From contig MU053594.1 in NCBI GenBank assembly GCA_013239625.1, forward strand, positions 838,536 through 902,535: 64,000 nt of DNA, given 5' to 3'. How positions within the stretch are numbered: the first letter of the stretch is position 1; the number at the start of each line of letters is the position of its first letter. The stretch is from Lama guanicoe (taxonomy: Eukaryota). Made by a program: the position numbers and the translations under genes. This document shows, piece by piece, positions 50,975 to 63,138 of the stretch. The notes beneath the pieces are model-generated. The model worked only from the letters and a program-made list of their open reading frames with translations, did not search any database and was not told the DNA's origin.

Positions 50975-51016
50975 GAGCAGCTGCCTGTTGTCATGGCAAC
51001 GCAGGCATCGTAATCC
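50975..51016. promoter_or_regulatory. candidate RFX X-box with adjacent E-box (possible intronic enhancer)
   Basis: GTTGTCATGGCAAC (50987-51000) is 13/14 to the palindromic X-box GTTGCCATGGCAAC. CAGCTG lies at 50978-50983 and TAATCC at 51011-51016. Confidence 0.45.
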
Positions 51017-54000
51017 AGGGCCTCTGAGAGCAAAGACTGGCTGCAGAGAGCCACGCCCAGGGCTTCGTGGTCCTTAACTCGGGCTTTCTCTCTCATTCGG
51101 GCAAGAAAAGTGAGGATTGGAAAGATGTTTATTTGCTTCCATTCTCTGTGTGGTACTCACAGAAATACGTATTTTGGGACTAATCCTTATGAGGCATTAT
51201 ATTTGAAGGAGATTTATTCACTTTCAAAGCATTTTCGCCCACTAAATTCTAACAGCAGCACAGTTACGATAGGATTATTCCCATTTTGTAGAGCGGTGGT
51301 CATGGGCCAGGTCACTGAAACCCTCTGAGCCATGGGTTTTCCGCTGGCGTAATGTGGAGGATGTGACTTACCCTGACTACCTGGACTTGAAAACGCCAGA
51401 GCTCGAAATGTTACAGAAATGTTACTACTGACCAGTGTCATTCCCATACCCGATCATCTGCTCCTAAGAAAAGACAGCTCCAAATGGCATTAGGCATTAC
51501 CCACTAGGTGTTGTTACTTATAAAGAACTCATCCTATCTCTGTTATCTATTTGTAGAGGAGCTGTTCTGTTTACAGCTCTTTGCGCTGTTTGGAAATGAT
51601 GGGAGGTATCCGGGAAAAAAGACCATGATGGCAGCCTGCATTTCTGAATCTCCCACCGACTATGCTGAGAGGTGACCTCATTAGGGGAGGAAAGCCATCA
51701 GTGCAAACTCAAAGCCTCCTGAACCCTCTGGCTGTTGGGCCAGTGCTTGGGGACAGCGTCCAGCAGCTGCCACTGACAATGGGCTTCTGTACCCCACTTT
51801 CACAAAAGCTTTTCTGCAGGCCTTTGCTCCTCCCATGAGCTTTTATCCTCAAGCAAGATGGCTGCTGATTGCAAGGAGTTCGGAATAGCAGAAAGTAATT
51901 AAAAATTCATTCTAAAATCTATCGCACGGTGTCACGTCTCCGTGAAGAACACCGCTGGGGTAAACAAGCCGGCATCCTCTTCAGTAAGGCAGGACAAAAG
52001 AAGAACTCAGGCAGTCTGCTGTACATGGTCCAGGAACAGTAGAGAAAATAAACTGTATTTCAGCTAGCTTTTGTACAAATTTTGCAGGTCTTTTTCCTGA
52101 CAACGCAAGCGGTCACGACAGACACCAGCATTTTTCAAGGGAAGCTGGCAGCAATCTGATGGCCCAACCAGGGAGCTTGCTGATTGAGATAATTCTGCAG
52201 GAAAACGGATCTCATGTTCTCAAAGAGCACTTCTCTTTAGAGGCCAGTGACAAATGGTGTTGGGGAGCTGACATTTTAATAAGAACTTTTTTTCTTAATA
52301 GTACAGACTCATTGTCTATCACACTGTATTAGGCAGCTTCCGGCATTGATTATCTAGGTTAAACCAGTCCTTCATGTGCAGACTGAGCTGCGCAGGTAGG
52401 AACAGGTGTGCATGTGGACCCCAGGCTCTCCTCCACCCCACCAAGCCCTCACTGCGCCTGGTCCAGCAAACACTGCTGTCAGCTCCACCACTGCCCCGAC
52501 CCAAATCTCAGCACCATTAACAACCAAATCCACTGGAAAATGGACGAGTATCTTCTGCAAAACAGTTCACATTCAAGGACATTTTACTGAGAGTTGTTTG
52601 TTTGTTTGTTTTTTCCTTTAAACTCCAGCAGGGAAGGTGCTCCTGAGAGCACATCATTGAAAAGAAGTTAACTTTCATTAAGTGATCTGTATTTTCACCC
52701 ATGAGCTACGGTTCCTGGGTCCAAACATCACTTCATCTCAATTTTGAAGGGTGGCAAGAGGAATCTGATGATGAATATAATAAAACAGGTTCGTTTAACA
52801 ATCGAATTGGATTATTAACATTGCCACATTACCCACTTTATTCTAAAATTTATTTTCATTTTCAGAACTAACAACCCCTTCTGCTCATTGCATTCAAAGC
52901 CAGTGCGCATAATTTCTGTTTAAAGTAACTTGTCGTACTCCAAACTAGGAAATAAATACCCGATCAATTTACTTTCCCCCTCTTCCTCCAACACTGAAAG
53001 CAAATGTCAAGTGTTGTAAAGTTCCCCAATGATGTCAATAATTTTATTAAAACTTGAGATTTAACATCTCTTCTCATATTCTTGATAGAGCATTGAAGTC
53101 GGCAGGGCTATAAAGCTAATAATCTATTTTTCACTGCAAATATTTTCATTCACCTGGGGCAGAGTAAACCCAGGCCTTTATGGCATCATTAAGCCAGATT
53201 ACGAGCAATTTTGATGAAAACTAAAGACACTGACATTTTCCAAACAGAAAAGGGGTGTCACTAGAATCAATGTCTTGGCCACTGCTTGTGCCCAGACAAA
53301 TCCTGAAGCTGGGGTGGGAGAAACTGCCTCTGGAGGGATCACAGATGCTTACCACTTCCCACCTGTTTCCCAGGGGGTTGGGGGGGAGGGAGGGAGGGGC
53401 CTGCAAGGAAATCTGTGCTCCTAGTCACACAAGGACGATGCCATTCTGACCTCAATTAACTTATATATGAAGCAAAAACAGAGGCGTATCTTTACATAGA
53501 TGTGGACAATATTAAAAGCTAACCTTTTCCCAACTGTAAACAACAGAGAAGCCCATGGATAGACCGGTCTTTAAAAAGAAGGGGAGGGAACCAACAGGAT
53601 AGAGTCATGATGTGTTGAAGCTGTCTTTATTAAGACAGTTAAGGAAAAAAGGAGACAAAAAAAATAGTTAAGGATATTTTCAAGTTTCTAAGACAAAAAG
53701 TTGAGCTGAAGATTCTGATAGTTTTCCTCGTAACTATTTCAGAAACAGACACTAAATCCTTTGTAAAATGACAAGAATTCTACGTGATGTATTGCAGTGC
53801 TAGCACTGGGCGTGATCCCTGAATGTTACCAGGTTTTGGCCCTTTGTAGTTTTTACATTAAGGAAAATACGCCTTGATCCAGCCCTGGTCCAACTATAAA
53901 GAGCAATCATTACGTTTTATAACAAAGGCCTGTTTTCTGGATTCTTTGTTCATGTTGCTGTATGTTTACATTTGAAGATAAGGCAGCTGCCATTGGTATT

Positions 54001-54284
54001 CCTGAGGCCAGTAAAAATGAAACAGTTAACGAAAGGGTGTCAACCTTTTCTAGATAGAATATTCATGAGCTTGAATTAGAGTGTTCATATTTTTGATAAT
54101 AAACTAAGAGAAGGTACCCACCTTTCTTAGATTATGAGTTAGACAAGGAAGTACTATGATACACTTAAAATGACGGACATCGTGTAACATGCTTTGTTTC
54201 TTAATCATGTACATTGGTTGGAGAACCTTCTACTGAGAAGGAAATTGCCAAGGAGTCAGTGACACTACAATGTCTACGATCATT

Positions 54285-54425
54285 AACGTTTGTCAACACC
54301 GTTACGTGGTAGACACTTTACATACGAGATTCATTTTCAGCCTCACTACTCTTTGACAGAGGAAACGTTCCTATTTTACGGAAGAGAAAACATAGCTTAA
54401 AAATTCTAAGAAACGTGTTAAAAAT
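54285..54425 (-). mobile_element. MIR SINE fragment
   Basis: acactttacatacgagattcattttcagcctcac...cctattttacggaagagaaaac. Confidence 0.6.
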
Positions 54426-54654
54426 ATAGGACATAGTCTGCCAACCTGGAAAATAGAAATGCTGAACCGATCTTTATAATTAAAATTCCATACAACGTTG
54501 CCTTAGGGAATGAATGAGTGAAATCAGCTTTTTTTTTCCCTCTTAAGTTGCTGAACTACTGTGAATTAAAGGCTTTTAAGGAATAAACTGTAACGTACTA
54601 GTAGTTTTACCATTTTGGGGGAAGCAGGGCAGCGCAACTTAATAGAGATTTCTA

Positions 54655-54800
54655 GTTGTTAGAACCTTAGATTGGAAGAGCTGGAAGGCACCTCAGAGAC
54701 CCTCCACCAAGCCTTTTATTTACAGATGCAGACATGCAGACAACTGGCAGCCTCAGTGACTGACCCAAGGTCATCCAGGAGTCCCGCGGCAGCCACACAG
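54655..54800 (-). mobile_element. MIR/MIR3 fragment
   Basis: agagctggaaggcacctcagagacc...ttttacagatgcagac...agtgactgacccaaggtca. Confidence 0.6.
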
Positions 54801-55669
54801 GGACCAGAACACATGGTGACCAGTTTTGCCTTGCTAAGCTGATTTGTCAAAGTCATAGTGACCCTACTTATCTCATCATAATTTAGAAAACAAAAAAGGC
54901 AAGACATGCTGTCGGTTGCCTTCTAAATTTGTTGATTTCCAAGCAACCACAGATCTATTTTTTTTTAATGTTTTCTGTGACAGTTATTTCCTGGGTCGTC
55001 ATTTTCTTACTGTAACTTTCAGAGCACGATTAACACACCTGATGCCACACTGTAAAAATGACACAGCCAAAAAAGAAAAAGATACAGCAAGGGACATGCA
55101 CTTTCTCTGAACGGTTTCTGATTTTTCTCTCTTCTTTAATACAATTTTTATTGGGATTGAAATGTGGAGAGGAGCCTCTACCAAGCATTCAATTCCAGCC
55201 ATGCAATTTAACTTGCCAGGTTTAACTGAGGGATGATTAATCAATTATTTACTTAGCTGGCACCATTTTCCTGTCACTTAAATCATATTTAATTTCAGTC
55301 TATTAGAATCCATTCTCAGTGCTGAACCAAAACCCTTGATGCACTATTTGCTTATGAGATGGTTTCACACATATAGCATCAAAGTGCTGAGCATGCCACG
55401 TGTATTTACAGATGACGGACTGCCTCTGTTAAGATGCGGTTCATGTGCACACTTTACAGAGATTTCTATATTTCACCACTTTAACATATCCGGCGCCATT
55501 TACTACCAAGTGAAAAACCACCGGAACAATCTAGATCAATAGTCTATTTAATCTGAAAAGTCATCATTCATGTAAAATGGGACTTAACTATTTATTTTTT
55601 TTTGAAAATCATCCAGATCTTTTATTCCTGCCTCCTTCAAAACAAAAAAGTCAGAACTCTAAAACTATT

Positions 55670-56060
55670 TGAGATATAAAAGCCAAATGCAATGTATGCA
55701 ACTTAATTAAATCCTATTTGGGGAAAAATATATATAGTACATGTTGGAAGGATCATTGCACTGGGTGTTACGTGATACTAGAGAATTAGTGTTCATTTCC
55801 TTATGTATGAAAATGGCACAGCAGTTATGTCAGAGAATCACCTTACTTTAGGGATAACACCCTTATTTTTAAAAGATGCAGTAATGAAGTACTTGGGGGT
55901 TAAGTGTCATGATGTCTGCAACTCTTTACATATTTCATAAAAATATATATCAATGAAGCAAATATGGCAAAATATTAATCTGAATTTAAGTGGTTGGTAT
56001 ATAGGCATCCATTGTACTATTTCTTCTATTTTTTTGATTTGTTTGAAATTTTACAAGAAA
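55670..56060 (+). mobile_element. old L1M (L1ME/L1MC-like) 3' end
   Basis: ccaaatgcaatgt...gaagtacttgggggttaagtgtcatgatgtctgcaact...aagcaaatatggcaaaatattaa...ggtatataggcatccattgtactatttcttctattttt...tgtttgaaatttt. Confidence 0.75.
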
Positions 56061-56530
56061 AATGGGACATCATTAAAATATCACTTCAGAGAAATAATTC
56101 AGAATTGCTTAGTTTTATACATCCTATGTGCTCCCCCTCCAGGTGCTCTCCTGGAGAACAGACAACCACTATTTGGGGCAGGTGATGGGATAATAACAGA
56201 TGACAGAGAAAACAGTGATTTCCTAGAATGAGGCTCCACCCAGCAACGATAAACGTAGTGAAAAGAAGAGGAGGCCAAAGGTGGGTGAGGATAAAACAAG
56301 AGGGCACCCACCCACTTTGCATGAGCTCCTTTCCAGCCCTGGCAACCTCCACCTTCGCTGCTCGAGGACGATGCGTGTTCAGCCACGGACACACTGGTAT
56401 CCAGCTGTTAGGCTTTGGGACAGAGGGAGGAGGAAGGGGCTAGGATGCTGCAGACGTGCAAATGTCCCAAGTTTTAAAGGGAGGAAAGTGTTCCATACTT
56501 AGAGAAGACAGTGGTTGAAGACCATGCTTC

Positions 56531-56620
56531 ATATATATGTATGTTGAATCATTCTGTTGTATACCTGAAACTAACATGGTATATGTCAACTACATATCAA
56601 TTATAAACAAACAAACAAAA
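56531..56620 (+). mobile_element. short L1 (L1MA-like) 3' end with TSD
   Basis: atgttgaatcattctgttgtatacctgaaactaacatggtatatgtcaactacatatcaat plus an (aaac)n tail. TSD ccatgcttc (56522-56530 / 56625-56633). Confidence 0.8.
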
Positions 56621-57489
56621 TAGTCCATGCTTCTGCACCCTTTGAAGCCATCTCCTGGGCTGCTCTACAGCCTTATGAGGGGGACACACCCACTTGTGTT
56701 TTCCTTATGATATATGCTAATGTGGAAAAGCCTGCTCTCGCCTGCTTAGGGCTGCCCCCCCGACTTTATCCTTCTCTCCCTCACTTTCCTAATTTGTGAG
56801 ATAAGAACAATGTGCCCATCTCAGTGATTTCCCATGAGAATCAAATGAAACAGCATTCGTAAAGAGTCTAGTACTGAGCCTGTCACCTGTCACTGTGTGG
56901 GGACCAGGAAGTGGTAGTCATAATTACTACGTGAGTTTCTAGCATCAAAGCACTCGACCACATGTCTTATGATAACCTTCTATCTGACATGGAAAACTAG
57001 GGCTGGGTTGTCAATATAATTAAGCTTATTCATGTCTAGTTAAAAAACTACCTTACGGGGGTTGATCAATGTCAACCTACAGAGAGGTTTTACGTGTTCC
57101 AAGAATTCATCTTTATCTTTTTTTCCTCCCATTTGTATATAAGACTGGAATGAATACTGACAGGTGAGCTACAAAAAATACGGATGACAAAAATATTAGC
57201 GACAACAGATATACCAGCGAGAGGAGCACCGAAGTAGAGCGAGGACACTCCCAGAGGTGTGTGAGATGGTTTATTAGGGCACGAGAAGGACTTTTTAGAG
57301 CTATTTCTGTCTAGTCAAACTTGAAAAAAAAAAAGTTAAGCTTTGCTGGTATTCTAAATGTACTGAGTGACAGTGACGTTGTCACCTGGTCTATAACGGA
57401 GAGGATGTCTTGTCAGGACAGGTATACAAGGAGCCTGAGGGCCTCTGTAACAACAGACAATTGAAGATGGACTCCTACTTGTTTGCTCT

Positions 57490-57830
57490 TTCATTGCATC
57501 ACCATATACAGCTATTTAGTTGAGCTCTGTTAAATGGATTTATGGATTACATTAGCTATTTTTAATGAAACCAATCTTCCCAAAATAGACAGCTGGCATA
57601 AAAAGAAATTTATTACCTGGAATGAAGATAATATTAACAAAGAAAGCACAAGTGAACAACAAGCAAATGGCAGAGCGGACAGTTCTGCTCCTCCTGGATC
57701 TGCAACTATGCCGGCCACGTGAGACAAAATAATAATGATCTAATGAGAGCTGATCAGAACCCAATAAAGATTTTTAAAATCATCAAGATGATTAGAGGTA
57801 GGGATTTGATTCACTATTTGAACCTTGCGT
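57490..57830 (+). mobile_element. hAT-Charlie (Charlie7-like) DNA transposon fragment
   Basis: cttcccaaaatagacagctggcataaaaag...tgaagataatattaac...aagcacaagtgaacaacaagcaaatggcagagcggacagttctgctcc resembles the 5' part of a Charlie transposase as I recall it. Confidence 0.55.
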
Positions 57831-57959
57831 TAAGGGTATATTTTGGCTTGTGATATTAGCGAATGCCATATATACATTATAAAATAAAAGATACACACGT
57901 ATCAGGAGTGAACACTCAAAAACTGTTTATTGGCTAAGTAGTCAATAAAAAAGGCTTAG

Positions 57960-58660
57960 AGAAAATAATACAGACTCAAATTTCAAAATACGCTGGAATG
58001 GGGGCCAATTCTAACCATACTGAAATATAAATGAGATGAACGCCAAAGAAAGTCCTACATTTTGGGTCAAAACCAATATACAAGGATGTAGGAGCCTTGG
58101 CTACATGTTAAACAGGACTAAGGCTTGCCGCTGACCATCTCTGCCAGGTAACAGTGGGCTGTGGTTGGGAAGGAGACTGAACCCCGTCTCAGGCTGCCTC
58201 CCTCAGGGAAACTCTTAGGCTCTAGAAACAGGGAGACAGTAGCATCACTGGATTCTGCTGGCCCAAGGTGGAAGACCACTCAGGTTTACCAGAAACACAC
58301 AGGCTTCCGTAAAGAGGCTGCAGGCGCTGCGAGGAGGCTGGACTAACACCCTCTAAGGGAATTCTAACTTGAATTTCTGAGTCTGCGAGGATGTAGGGCA
58401 GGATCTGGATAATAAGTAGAACAGAATTTAAACTGTTTGGCTTATTTAATCTAACCACCGATGTTCGATGTTTGCGATGGGCAGCCCACTCAAATGTAAC
58501 TCCATGACAGTAGGAACTGTTTCCTTGTCTTTGTCCTGTTCACTATTTGCATCCCAACACCCAACGTAATGCCTGGCATCTAATTTGTAGGGAATGTCTC
58601 ACCACCTGAAGTATTCACAGACAGGCTGCAGGGATCTTTATCCCTAGGGAATTTCCAGCC
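57960..58660 (+). mobile_element. L3/CR1 LINE fragments (interrupted by an L2 3' tail at ~58490-58590)
   Basis: caaatttcaaaat...gctggaatgggggccaattctaac...aaagtcctacattttgggtcaaaacc and a CR1-like end cctgaagtattcacagacaggctg...ttccagccctaaaatgct. Confidence 0.45.
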
Positions 58661-59766
58661 CTAAAATGCTACCCTTTCATATTTACATACAACACTTCCC
58701 TCGGCAAATTAAAATATCATTAGCACAGATTTCTTTACCAATTTTTAATTGAACACTCCACATTTCTATGGGTGAGAGTCTCTATTAGATGAACTTTTGA
58801 TTTTTTTCCAAATAATTTGGGATATTCTTTTTTCTTAAATTTCAGACAACCTCTTTCTTTTTTCCTTTACTAAAAATGTATGAGAGATTATTGAAGTCAA
58901 TTCTGTTAGGAATTTGTAAATAATACTTCGTCTTATTTCTCTCTACCTGAATAAATAAATTTTTAAAAAATGAATGTGATATAAGAAGCCTCAAAGTATT
59001 TTAGCTACGGTTTAAGAAAGAAAAAATAATTAAAGGCCATGAAAATATATATACATGAAGAAAAGGAAGATCTGGCCATATATCAAACTGATGACAGCAT
59101 GGGGTCACTATTTGTTATTTCCTGCAGATTGACAGGAAAACAGAGAATATGTCTTTAAATAAACCATTTGAGCTTAACAGAAATTAGATTCTTAAAAAAA
59201 AAAAAAACTTCAAGTGAAAACAAATGGTGGAGGAAATCACGGCCCAAATTATGACTATTAAAATATCCATGAGTAGTAATACCCTGAAATGGCACTGCCC
59301 ATAATCCCCTATGCTGTAGCTAAACTTGAAATGATTTTGCTCTTTTTAAAAATAAATATCAACGATGTGGTTTCCTGTCTGCAGCAATAATTGGTTGGTA
59401 TTTTCTGTAGCACATTTTTGAAAGACCCTTAGTAATTGTGATTTTATTCTGAAGGTTAAGATCTGTCCCAGCAAGTCCCTAAGGTAGGTAGCAGTCTGGC
59501 TGGTCTTTCTAGAAAGCCTTGGAGAAACGTTAACCCTTACTACTATCCAAGAAAGACAGGCTTAGCAATACTGGGACAGTGCCCCGAGTGTGGAAGTGCT
59601 GTCAGAGTGAGGCATCAGCCCCATGCCTGGATATCACAGCACATCTCGTCAACCCCACGCCCGAGGCTGGGCGGCCGTCTGTGAAGGGTGGGGCAGAGGA
59701 AGGATTCCTACATTGGAAGAGTCGAGATGGCCTCTTAAGGTTATCACCAACTTTAAAACTCTGGTG

Positions 59767-59790
59767 TGTAACTGACTGTACTTCAATAAA
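59767..59790 (+). mobile_element. terminal stub of LINE-1 3' end
   Basis: tgtaactgactgtacttcaataaaa nearly matches the L1 terminus seen at 28100-28121 (tgtaactgactatacttcaat). Confidence 0.7.
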
Positions 59791-59959
59791 ATATATATAT
59801 ATNNNNNNNNNNNNNNNNNNNNNNNNNNNNNNNNNNNNNNNNNNNNNNNNNNNNNNNNNNNNNNNNNNNNNNNNNNNNNNNNNNNNNNNNNNNNNNNNNN
59901 NNNNNNNNNNNNNNNNNNNNNNNNNNNNNNNNNNNNNNNNNNNNNNNNNNNNNNNNNNN

Positions 59960-59993
<34 letters not shown>
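59791..59993. repeat. (TA)n microsatellite containing a 157-N assembly gap (59803-59959)
   Basis: TA runs flank the N block on both sides. Confidence 0.95.
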
Positions 59994-59995
<2 letters not shown>

Positions 59996-59999
<4 letters not shown>

Positions 60000-60117
60000 A
60001 AAAAATACGAAAAGGAATATACAGATATATATACAACTGAATCACTATGCTGCACACCAGAAATTAACATAACATTGTAAATTGACTATAATTTTTTTAA
60101 AAAGACATTAAAAAAAA
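59996..60117 (+). mobile_element. 5'-truncated LINE-1 3' end
   Basis: gaaaaggaatatacagatatatatacaactgaatcactatgctgcacaccagaaattaacataacattgtaaattgactata plus an A-rich tail. Confidence 0.85.
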
Positions 60118-60130
60118 CTATGTTGTAGGA

Positions 60131-60276
60131 GGGAAGAGGGTATAACTCAGTGGTAGAGCACCATGCTTAGCATGCACAAAGTCATGGGTTCGATCCCCAG
60201 TACCTCCATTAAATTAGTAGTAAGTAAATAAATAAACCTAATTACCTCTCTGCCAAAAACAAAAACAAAATAAAAA
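60131..60276 (+). mobile_element. tRNA-derived SINE, camelid Vic-1 type
   Basis: gagggtataactcagtggtagagca (A box)...atgcttagcatgcacaaagtcatgggttcgatcccc (B box) agtacctccatt...taaataaataaacctaattacctc, then an A-rich tail. Confidence 0.85.
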
Positions 60277-63138
60277 CTCTATGGTGTTAGGAAATGCTGA
60301 AAATGTGGGTCGGCCAGATGATTCAATTCTATGGAAATTTCCAGAGTGTGTGGAAAATACATTGCTCCTTCAAGACATAATCTAAAGGGCAAAAAGTAGG
60401 TCGTTTTTAAATCACTGTGTACCATCACCAAGATTAAAATACAAAGAAAAGCATATTCAAACATGAGAGTTTAATTCATGCAGTAAAATCAAGGAAGGAG
60501 GTGCCCTAAGAGAGCCCAGGTGATGCAGGATCCAAATTCAAGGTGGAGTGGTAGGCGGTGTCTCTACCAAGAGAAGTATCAAAATGCAATACAAAACACT
60601 CCCAGCTCAGGTCGCTCTCAATTCCTGCTAGTAATGAGGGGGCTGTCATTCTTGCTGTTTGCAATTCCAGGGTAGGGAGCTGTCAGGAGACACAGGCAAC
60701 GCCGTGGCTCCCCAGGCCTGGGATGCCAGAAGCCCACGAGCCCTGCGCAGTGACAGATGCTGGACTGAGATAACCGAAAAGAATAGGAAACGCGTGGAGC
60801 GGCAGCTGGGCCAGACAAATCCAACTTCCCACCTGCTGTTGGTTTACACATTCATCTCTCACACTCGATCCCAGTCCGTGTAGAACCCTGCCAGCCCCTC
60901 GAGAAATTAATCAGTTTGGGGAAGGGGAGGGAGGCATCCAAGGTCGATTTTATATTCTTTCTGTAAACACATTTGTGTGGCACAGAGGCGGCGGAGCCGA
61001 ACAGCAGTGGCTTTTCTGCTCTCTGCTGTAATCATCCATACACCTGGGACTCACTGCTGTTTTCTTAGATGAGAATTTTTTTTTTTTAACCTAGGGTAAA
61101 GCCGGCTTTGGAAACTAATTAGATATGTCTGTGTTTTTTAGTTTGGCTTCTGAGGACACTATGGCCATCTAATTTGCATTTCTGTCTTGTCCGTTCCTTG
61201 TTGCCTTTGTTGTTTTTCCTTTTGTCTGCGCAGAGAACAAGAATGATTTCCAAGCACGGCTGGTCAAACACGCTCCTCTTTCGAGTGTGTGTCTATCTGG
61301 TGTATGTAAAATTCAAGTGCCTTGTTTGCTGCAAAACAACCTTTATTCCGAAGAACATTTCAGCTCAAGGAAATACTCTTTAAAACGTCTAATTCCCTAC
61401 TGTGATTTCCTTTAAAGTTCTAATTAGTTGTGCACAGTAATGAATTCTGTAAATTGCAGTGTTTCATTTAAAGCTTTTAAGGTACCGAAGGCTCTAATAA
61501 TGAGTTTTGCCACCATTGGTCTTTGAAGAAAGTAATTTTGAAATGTAGGTTTCATATTTTTGGAGCTGTCATACATCTTAGAAACAATCACAGTGTTGAG
61601 CCTCAGATTAATATTTGTTGCTCAATGCCATCAAAATGTCAGGTTAATGAGTAATTAACAACGTTTGTACATAATGTTATTTCCTTCTTTCTGCAAAGGC
61701 CAAAAGCGTAATGGAGAATTCAAGCCATGAAACATCTTTCAACAAATACATTTTCAGACCTTCCATTTTAAGTAACTTACTACCAGGTCTATAACTGTCT
61801 TCTTTAATGGTCAGCAAACAGCTGGGTTTCGAGATAACACAGTGAACATAAAATATTCATGTTATTTAAGCTATTTCTACATTTTACTAATATTCTTTGA
61901 TTTGCTGGTCTTCAAGGGGAACGAAACCATCACCAACGCTCTGCCGTCCCCCACAACACACACTCCCTTAAAAAAAATGGTTTATCTTCGCTGACAACTG
62001 TCACGTTCTTTCTGTTATGTTCTGCTTTAGGACACCTAAGCTCCTTTTTATTCCATATCTGGTTTTCAATCTTTCCTTCATGTTTCCAACTTAACTGAAA
62101 CTTGACCTTCCTGGAGTACACCACCCACTTTCTCACCCTCCCCAGGACAGGCAGGGAGCTGTCTTCTGCCTGGTTGGCATTAGCCCAGCACCACCCACCC
62201 CCGCAACAACATCCTTTCTCCATGTCCCTCCACGTTGGAGCCAATGTCCCACAGAACCCTCTGGCCATTCAGCTCCCCAGGGTTTGTGAGCCACCCTTTG
62301 TCTACACTGGCCTCCCTGGGATGCATCGCTTAGAAACCATTCTCCCCAGCAGCCTAGCCTCCTGCACTGCCCTGCGGTTTTCCTTAATCTCCCAAGTCAA
62401 TTCCCAGCCCCGGCTCATCCCTACCATTCATTCTGCCCATCCCTGCACCTGGGTCGCAGGTGACTGAGGCAGAAGACACATGCCTGCAAGCCTGGTCTGT
62501 GACAGATTCAAACACGGCCAACTTGAGGAGCACAGAGGCTGCGCACCAATCCTGTCACGTACGTCTCGGGGTCTTCCTAACGCAGCGCCCACGGGAAATA
62601 TGCCAGCCTGTTCCCATTGGCTGATCCTCCCAGCTCCTCCTCAATCCCAGCAGGGGTCTCGGGGAGAGCCTGGTCTCGGGTACCACAGAGAAGGCCCCTC
62701 GCCCATCGCACCCCTCGCCTGCCGCGCATCCCCCTCCATCCTTCACGGAGGAAGGGTCTCTCCAGCCTGCCTTGCGGTCAAGTCTAGGGCACACCCAGCC
62801 CTCTCCCATTGTTCTCCCTCTCGATACTTGTCCTCTCTCTGCTGAGCAGCTTTTCTGACACCTTGTTATCTTTTCAAACAAAAACAAGAGCAAACCCTTT
62901 ATTTGACCAGCTATTAGTCCTCTCACTCATCAATCTCTCACCTTCCATCTCCTGCCAGATTCTGTGACTATGCGCTCCCCACTCCTGGACACTGTCGGTT
63001 TTTATTCATTCCTCTCTTAACCTTCCACTGGATGACCTCCTTCGAGCGTCACAGTCCTACCGAAAACCTCCCTCCAAGTCCACTGTGCACCTGCTTCTTG
63101 ACAAACTCACTAGCACTGCCCTTTCCTTCCGTCTTGGT

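Noticed and set aside
59579..60070. ORFs spanning the N block
   Set aside because: These are artefacts of the (TA)n repeat and the assembly gap.
60133..60207. tRNA gene
   Set aside because: It has A and B boxes but continues into a SINE body, A-rich tail and degenerate TSD, so it is a tRNA-derived SINE rather than a tRNA.
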